Virus record (IMG/VR): IMGVR_UViG_3300037067_005176
Span: 61,081 to 125,080 of that record
Length of the DNA: 64,000 nucleotides
Direction: 5' to 3' (one strand)
Source: a virus
Taxonomy: Duplodnaviria; Heunggongvirae; Uroviricota; Caudoviricetes
Both the position numbers and the translations under genes were made by a program. This document shows positions 58,469 through 64,000 of this stretch, in pieces. The notes below the pieces were generated by a model, which saw only the letters and a list, made by a program, of their open reading frames with translations, was not told where the DNA came from and searched no databases. The stretch's first letter is position 1. Every line of letters starts with the position of its first letter.

Positions 58469-59893
58469 ATGGCAACAAATTATACATACTTAAATGAAAT
58501 ATCAGCGAGCGATGGTTTTTATGCGTTAGATAATACTCCTCCAGCGATTTCAGTTCTTTATAATAACCCTGCTAATAAAGTAGCAAGGGATTTTATAAAT
58601 GTCGCTATTAACATTTATGATCTTGGAGGAATTGATCTTTCAGGAGTAAACGTAAATGGATTCGTTACGCCTATTTCAGCATTTACTCAAGTAGGAAATA
58701 ACTTTACATTTAATTTTAATGTAAGTGCAACAGGATCAGTAACAATAAGTGCAACTGATAAAGCTGGAAATAGTAATGCATATGTTTCAACTGGGTATAC
58801 TATTTCAGCTGTTCCAACTGATACAGTACCTCCAATAATTACTTTTTTCAATCAAACTCCTTCAGACAAGAATCTTTCAAGTAGCAGTATAGGATCATTA
58901 AGAGTTCGTGTAACTGATAATTATTCAATCACATCAAACCCAAGTAATTTTATACTTACAGACGATTCAATAGGAACAATAGATTACAATTCTGTATCAG
59001 CGATAAATTCAAGAACTGTTGAGTTTAACGTCATAAATATTGTTGAATCTGGTTATGTTGTTCTTTCAGCAATTGATGATGCAAGAAACGCGACGATTGC
59101 TTCAGACGGTATGTGGGTTTCGGTTTGTAATGAAGGTAAGAAAATAAACATAACAAACTTTCTTCCATCACATTTGAGAGAATCTGAAGTTTATGATTTG
59201 ATGAAATTTTTTGAAGACTTCTTGAACTCTATGTATTACAATAAGAGAACTGGTTGTAATATTTCTATACTTGAAAAGATCAATAAGCTTAAGGATTTGA
59301 AAGACATAAATGAACTTGATGCTGATTATTTTCAATACTTTGCAAATCATTTTGGCTATGAAGTTAATATTGATAGAGAATCTATTGGTATGTTTTCAAC
59401 TTCAAATAGTGATGAAGAAATTGATGATTATGTTAGATTATCACTTAAGACTCTTCCAAATTTCAATCGTTTAAAATCTTCTGAGGATGCAATAAGTATT
59501 ATGTTATTCTCATTTGGAGTAATAGCTGATATTTTATATCTTTGGACTAACGATTATAATGTAAATTGGAAAAGCGAATCACGATACAACAATGTAAATG
59601 TTAAAAATGAAATTCCAAACACTCCTGACCCTTATTATCCAACTCCGCACTTTAGAGTTGCTGTTAATTATACTCAAACTCCTCCAGCTTGGATTGAAAA
59701 CTTTGATAAGATAGTTGAGATAGTAAATAACATAAGACCTATTAATACAGTGTTTAAGGATTTTAGCGGTTATTTTGAGCCTGTAATTCAGAGTCCAAAT
59801 GATCCACTTGCCCTTGGTTGGATTGGAACTGTAAACGTAGTTGGAAAAGTTGTTGTTCCTTGGGTTGGACCACCTGCATCCTATGGAATATAA
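58469..59893 (+). CDS. Baseplate wedge protein (gp7-like) with N-terminal Ig-like repeats
   Basis: DNTPP/DTVPP repeats; FLP.HL, D.DY..Y.A..FGY, R.KSSEDAI, YPTPHF, IRPINTV. Confidence 0.6.
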   Translation: MATNYTYLNEISASDGFYALDNTPPAISVLYNNPANKVARDFINVAINIYDLGGIDLSGVNVNGFVTPISAFTQVGNNFTFNFNVSATGSVTISATDKAGNSNAYVSTGYTISAVPTDTVPPIITFFNQTPSDKNLSSSSIGSLRVRVTDNYSITSNPSNFILTDDSIGTIDYNSVSAINSRTVEFNVINIVESGYVVLSAIDDARNATIASDGMWVSVCNEGKKINITNFLPSHLRESEVYDLMKFFEDFLNSMYYNKRTGCNISILEKINKLKDLKDINELDADYFQYFANHFGYEVNIDRESIGMFSTSNSDEEIDDYVRLSLKTLPNFNRLKSSEDAISIMLFSFGVIADILYLWTNDYNVNWKSESRYNNVNVKNEIPNTPDPYYPTPHFRVAVNYTQTPPAWIENFDKIVEIVNNIRPINTVFKDFSGYFEPVIQSPNDPLALGWIGTVNVVGKVVVPWVGPPASYGI

Positions 59894-59926
59894 ATAATTG
59901 AAAAATAAAATAGCGAGGCGATGTAA

Positions 59927-62770
59927 ATGAATTCTAATGCATATATAGTTTTGACAGAACAAGGATTGTCAGCAATTGCTACAAACCCTTGGCCGCAGAT
60001 CGCTATAAAGTACTTTCTTCCAATGTATGATGAAAGTGTTGATATACTTATTCACAGCGATGCTGGTCCAACATCCGCATCATCATTATCTGCAGTAGCT
60101 ACGTCTGCTGATACTCAAGCAACTTTAAGAGGAGAAAGAATTTACAATGTTCCTTCTACTTCTGGTGTGTATTCATTAACATCAAAAAATGTTGCAACTT
60201 CTGCAGCTACTTCAATCTTTAACGGTGATGCAGTAATATACTCTTCAACAGTTAATAAAACAAATTCAAGAACTTTGTTTAATGGCTCTGCTTTATCAAC
60301 TGTAGTATCTGGTAACGTTGAACCTGTGTATGATATCGGAAGTCAGAATCTTCAGTTTGACGGCGGTTCAGCTGTTGCATTGCCAGGAATGACTTGGTCA
60401 ATTGATGGTTCTCATATCTTTAGAAATAATTTGTTTGATAGTGTTTCATTCAATCCTAATCAGGTTAACAACGGAGCTTATGATGTTGTTAATGGTCTTT
60501 TCAAGTTTGAACTTAAGAATGATGTTGGCTCATATAGATTTAACAAAATTGCATTCTTTATTCAACCAATGAATGAAAATGGATCTGTGAATGATTATTA
60601 TGATCCTATCTTGTTTGGCCAAGTAATATTTGATAAATCTCAAATCGTTGAAGTTGGTGGAACAGGCTCACAGACTTTTGAAGTTGCAATTCAATTGGCA
60701 TTTGCGATAAGAAACGGTACTTCAGTTGTAACGAATAACGATTATTGGTCAATGGTTCCACTTTCTGCATCTAATAGAGCACAGAACGGTTTGTTCTTTG
60801 CAGGTGATATTGCATTAGGTACAAGCGCGATTCCAAATTCATGGCAACCAAGAGCTAAAGTACATATTACAGACAATTCAAAAACTCCACATATGAGACT
60901 TTCATATAGTGACGCTACATCAGGCCTTGATGTTAAAGTTACTGATATTGGTACTAGTGGTATGGTTTCATTCGTTCCAACAAGTGGATATGCAAAAGGA
61001 TTTGGATTTGCTTTTGGTGAAGGAGCTTATGCATCTGCAGATCCATTATATAATTATGGAAAAACTTATGTTGCATTTGCTTTTGGAACAAGCGCAGTAG
61101 CGATAAGATCAGAAGCGATTGCGATTGGTTTTCAATCATCAGCAGTTTCAAATAGTTGCGTATCAATAGGTTCATATAATTTTACTGATAGAAATGACTC
61201 AATGTCATATCCTGGTTTTGCTTTTGGTCGTTCAAATAATGCTAAAGGAAATACTTACTCAATTGCGATGGCTGTTGGCGATAATAATATAGTACGCGGT
61301 GGTCATGCTTTCGGTACTAGAAATTCTACATCAGGTGCCTATGGTGATGTTTTTGCAATCGGTAATAACTTATATGTTGGTAACTTTTTAAATAACGGTA
61401 TAACAGATGCATATGCATTTGGAGCACAATCATCAGCTGTTCATCAACACGCATATAGCATTGGTTTACAAAACTGTGTCGCATCTCCTTATAGCTTTGC
61501 ATTAGGTATGATTAATGTATTAAGCGGAAGCAACCCATACAATGGATCAATAGGTTACAATAACATCATTAATGGTAATTCTAAGAACTGGGTGTTTGGT
61601 GCTGATACAATTGTATCTTCCGCAAAAAATTCAGTTTCAATCGGTAACGGAAATGATTTAAGAGTTAAAGGAGATGATTTAAGAATTAAAGGAACATCTT
61701 TAGTTTTTGGCAACTTTAATGACGGTACGTATGGTGGTCTCTTAGTTGGAACAAGCAACGCCGGTCCAGGTTATGTATTTGGAGATTGGTCATATGCATA
61801 TCATAATTCAGTTGCTTTAGGAACTAGTGCAAGAGCCGCATCGTATGATTCAATTTCAATTGGAACTGGCGCAACTGCCCCACATACATTAGGTGTATCA
61901 CCTTTACCAGATGAATCTGTTAGTACTCGAAACATTGCTATTGGTCCTGATTCTTATATAGCAAACACTGCTTCATATTGTATTTCAATTGGATCTGAAG
62001 CACAATCGGTGACTGTATCTGGTTATGCGACAAGCGTCGGTAATGAATCAAGATCAACATTTAGATCAACTTCATTAGGTGCATGGACAAAAGCTTATGG
62101 TATTGAAAGCGTTGCAATTGGTTATAACGCAAACACATACGGTTTAGATGCCACAAATCCAGTACTTGAGCACGGTGTTGATAATTTTGGAATAAAAGGT
62201 CTTATAGCTGTTGGTTCAAATGCATTAGCGTGGGGAGAAAATTACGGTATTGCAGTTGGGTATTATTCTGTTGCGAAATCTACACGAGATGCATCATCTA
62301 ATTTGTATCCAGCATTATCTGTTGGTTCTGAATCTGAAACTATTGTTTCTGTAGGAATTGGAGCATCAACAACCTATGGAGCAAAACCATATCCAATGTC
62401 TACATTTGGTGCAAATTTAACAAATCAATATGCCGGATTTATGGCAGGAGTTCATGCAAAATCTGATGTTGAATTGTCTGGTTTGTTAGGTCCAACAGCC
62501 GACTGGAATTTTAGACCTTGTGTCGTATTTGGTTCAGGTCCAACAGCCGGTGATCCAAGAAACGGTTTAATGGTCGGTTATATTTCAACCCCAACAAGCG
62601 GTGTACAAACTGCGGTTGTTTTAGATATTGACAATATGCCTAGTTTTACAAATTGGACTCGCGAACAAATTGATGAAAATGTTGATATCAATGCATTACC
62701 ACGAGGAACACTTATTAAACAGTTCAGTAGTTCATATGGTCTTTCAAGCCTGTTTATGTGGGAAGGGTAA
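59927..62770 (+). CDS. Tail fibre with YadA/Hep-Hag-like repeats
   Basis: N-terminal LTEQG.SAIA fibre-attachment-like region; many A.A(I/F)G..(S/N) repeats. Confidence 0.7.
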   Translation: MNSNAYIVLTEQGLSAIATNPWPQIAIKYFLPMYDESVDILIHSDAGPTSASSLSAVATSADTQATLRGERIYNVPSTSGVYSLTSKNVATSAATSIFNGDAVIYSSTVNKTNSRTLFNGSALSTVVSGNVEPVYDIGSQNLQFDGGSAVALPGMTWSIDGSHIFRNNLFDSVSFNPNQVNNGAYDVVNGLFKFELKNDVGSYRFNKIAFFIQPMNENGSVNDYYDPILFGQVIFDKSQIVEVGGTGSQTFEVAIQLAFAIRNGTSVVTNNDYWSMVPLSASNRAQNGLFFAGDIALGTSAIPNSWQPRAKVHITDNSKTPHMRLSYSDATSGLDVKVTDIGTSGMVSFVPTSGYAKGFGFAFGEGAYASADPLYNYGKTYVAFAFGTSAVAIRSEAIAIGFQSSAVSNSCVSIGSYNFTDRNDSMSYPGFAFGRSNNAKGNTYSIAMAVGDNNIVRGGHAFGTRNSTSGAYGDVFAIGNNLYVGNFLNNGITDAYAFGAQSSAVHQHAYSIGLQNCVASPYSFALGMINVLSGSNPYNGSIGYNNIINGNSKNWVFGADTIVSSAKNSVSIGNGNDLRVKGDDLRIKGTSLVFGNFNDGTYGGLLVGTSNAGPGYVFGDWSYAYHNSVALGTSARAASYDSISIGTGATAPHTLGVSPLPDESVSTRNIAIGPDSYIANTASYCISIGSEAQSVTVSGYATSVGNESRSTFRSTSLGAWTKAYGIESVAIGYNANTYGLDATNPVLEHGVDNFGIKGLIAVGSNALAWGENYGIAVGYYSVAKSTRDASSNLYPALSVGSESETIVSVGIGASTTYGAKPYPMSTFGANLTNQYAGFMAGVHAKSDVELSGLLGPTADWNFRPCVVFGSGPTAGDPRNGLMVGYISTPTSGVQTAVVLDIDNMPSFTNWTREQIDENVDINALPRGTLIKQFSSSYGLSSLFMWEG

Positions 62771-62816
62771 AGGTATTATAAATATTGAAAATTGAAAAAT
62801 TGAATTGGAGGTTTAT

Positions 62817-63359
62817 ATGTCAAAGATCAAAATGTCCCGTCTTCAAATTGAAAAAGCTGCTTATGATATTGATGTGTTTAGCAGAAGAACAAATAATAAT
62901 AAATATTTTTCGTTCTTCGTTATTCGTAATATTCATCACTTAACGCCAGAAATACAATCCATTAACACGATTCGTCAAAGTATGATGGCTGGCGATCGTA
63001 TTCAGGAATATGATAAAAAGCGAGTTGAATTGGCTGAGTCTTTATGCACCGTTGATGAAAACGGAAAACCTAAACTTGTTAGAGAAGTTGATACATTCAA
63101 CAATGCACAGCATGTTTATGATTTTACTGAAGAAAATCGAAAGGCATTTACTGAAAAGTTCAAAGAACTTTCAATTGAATATGCTGATGATTTAACTGAA
63201 TTTGAGGCAAGTGTAAATGAATTTTCGTTCTTGATGAATGAAGAGATTGAAATTGATGTAACCAAGATTTCATTCAAATATATCCCAGACGATGTAAGCA
63301 TAACAAATATCCTAAAATTCGTTGATGAATCAAACGAAGAGATTGAAAAGCTTCTTTAA
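62817..63359 (+). CDS. Hypothetical acidic helical protein (DUF1617-like, fibre-associated)
   Basis: SD GGAGG and late promoter; YDKKR.EL...DENGKP...EEIEID..KI pattern. Confidence 0.5.
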   Translation: MSKIKMSRLQIEKAAYDIDVFSRRTNNNKYFSFFVIRNIHHLTPEIQSINTIRQSMMAGDRIQEYDKKRVELAESLCTVDENGKPKLVREVDTFNNAQHVYDFTEENRKAFTEKFKELSIEYADDLTEFEASVNEFSFLMNEEIEIDVTKISFKYIPDDVSITNILKFVDESNEEIEKLL

Positions 63360-63374
63360 GGTTGGGAGTTTATT

Positions 63375-64000
63375 ATGAGTATTGATGATCAGTTCAGCGA
63401 TGCCGCTGAAAAGAATTTTATTGCGCGTGATGCCGTAAAACAGTTTGAAGAAATTGCCTCAAGAGATATAAAAGAATGGAAAGAGTTTTCCAATTTAACG
63501 ATTGAGAATTGTAAAAAACTTACAGTAACAACTACGATTAAAGATCGCTTGGAATTTTTTAAAAATACTTTACCAAACTGGCTGAAATTTCCATTTAAAA
63601 AAATTATAATTGTAGACTGGAATTCTACTGAAGATATTAAGTCATTTGTTCAAAGTTTTAAAGATGAACGAATTGTATTCGCCCGTGTTGAAAATGAACC
63701 AGAATATCGTCATTCAGCTGCACGCAATTTTAAAATGAGTTTAGTTGAAAATGATGATGATATTGTTTTATCAATTGATTGTGATGTGATGTTGACATGT
63801 AAATTTTTAAATAACTTATTCCTTAAAAAGAATGTTATTTATACTGTGAATCCAAAGTTTGCAGTTAATGGTACAGCAGGCACATCAATATTTACTAAAG
63901 GTATGTATTTTTGTGCAGGTGGAACAAATGAACATATGAACTTTGGTTGGGGAAGAGAAGATATTGATATGTATGATAGAGTTTCTCAAATGTACAAATG
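63375..64000 (+). CDS. GT-A glycosyltransferase (GT2/GT7-like), truncated by the window end
   Basis: Manual translation: IIIVDWNS, ARN, DxD (DCD), GG.NE....GWGREDID..DR. Confidence 0.8.
   Translation, partial: MSIDDQFSDAAEKNFIARDAVKQFEEIASRDIKEWKEFSNLTIENCKKLTVTTTIKDRLEFFKNTLPNWLKFPFKKIIIVDWNSTEDIKSFVQSFKDERIVFARVENEPEYRHSAARNFKMSLVENDDDIVLSIDCDVMLTCKFLNNLFLKKNVIYTVNPKFAVNGTAGTSIFTKGMYFCAGGTNEHMNFGWGREDIDMYDRVSQMYK

Noticed and set aside
1612-63301. Numerous 60-140 aa ORFs nested in or antisense to core genes
   Set aside because: Fully overlap well-supported genes, with no motifs or RBS.
1-64000. tRNA, rRNA and tmRNA genes
   Set aside because: No cloverleaf, T-loop/CCA pattern or rRNA-like stretch recognised by eye. 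tRNAscan/ARAGORN on 6540-7050 would settle it.

Overview
This is an AT-rich segment of a large T4-like (Tevenvirinae-superfamily/jumbo-type) myophage genome. No tRNA, rRNA or CRISPR array was recognised. Bases 1-6540 (minus strand) carry gp46, gp55, gp47, a glycosyltransferase and homing endonuclease genes (HEGs). A hairpin-rich non-coding gap (6540-7050) follows. The plus strand then carries uvsY, uvsW and an almost complete morphogenesis cluster: gp2, 20, 67, 21, 22, 23, 13, 14, 15, 16, 17, 18, 19, 54-like, 26, 51, 29-like, 48, 53, 27-like, 5, 25, 6, 7-like, large adhesin/fibre genes and a second glycosyltransferase. Highlights: (1) the large terminase gene is fractured into two ORFs joined by an atypically split intein, with a probable HEG relic between the halves; (2) about 12 HEGs or HEG relics occur in all states of decay, several with their own regulatory hairpins or promoters and two loci with duplicated neighbouring gene ends; (3) an island between terS and terL encodes a patatin phospholipase and candidate capsid-internal proteins; (4) a structured non-coding region lies upstream of uvsY; (5) a giant baseplate-linked protein has CBM3-like and DNRLRE-like domains. 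All family assignments come from motif recognition by eye, not database searches.
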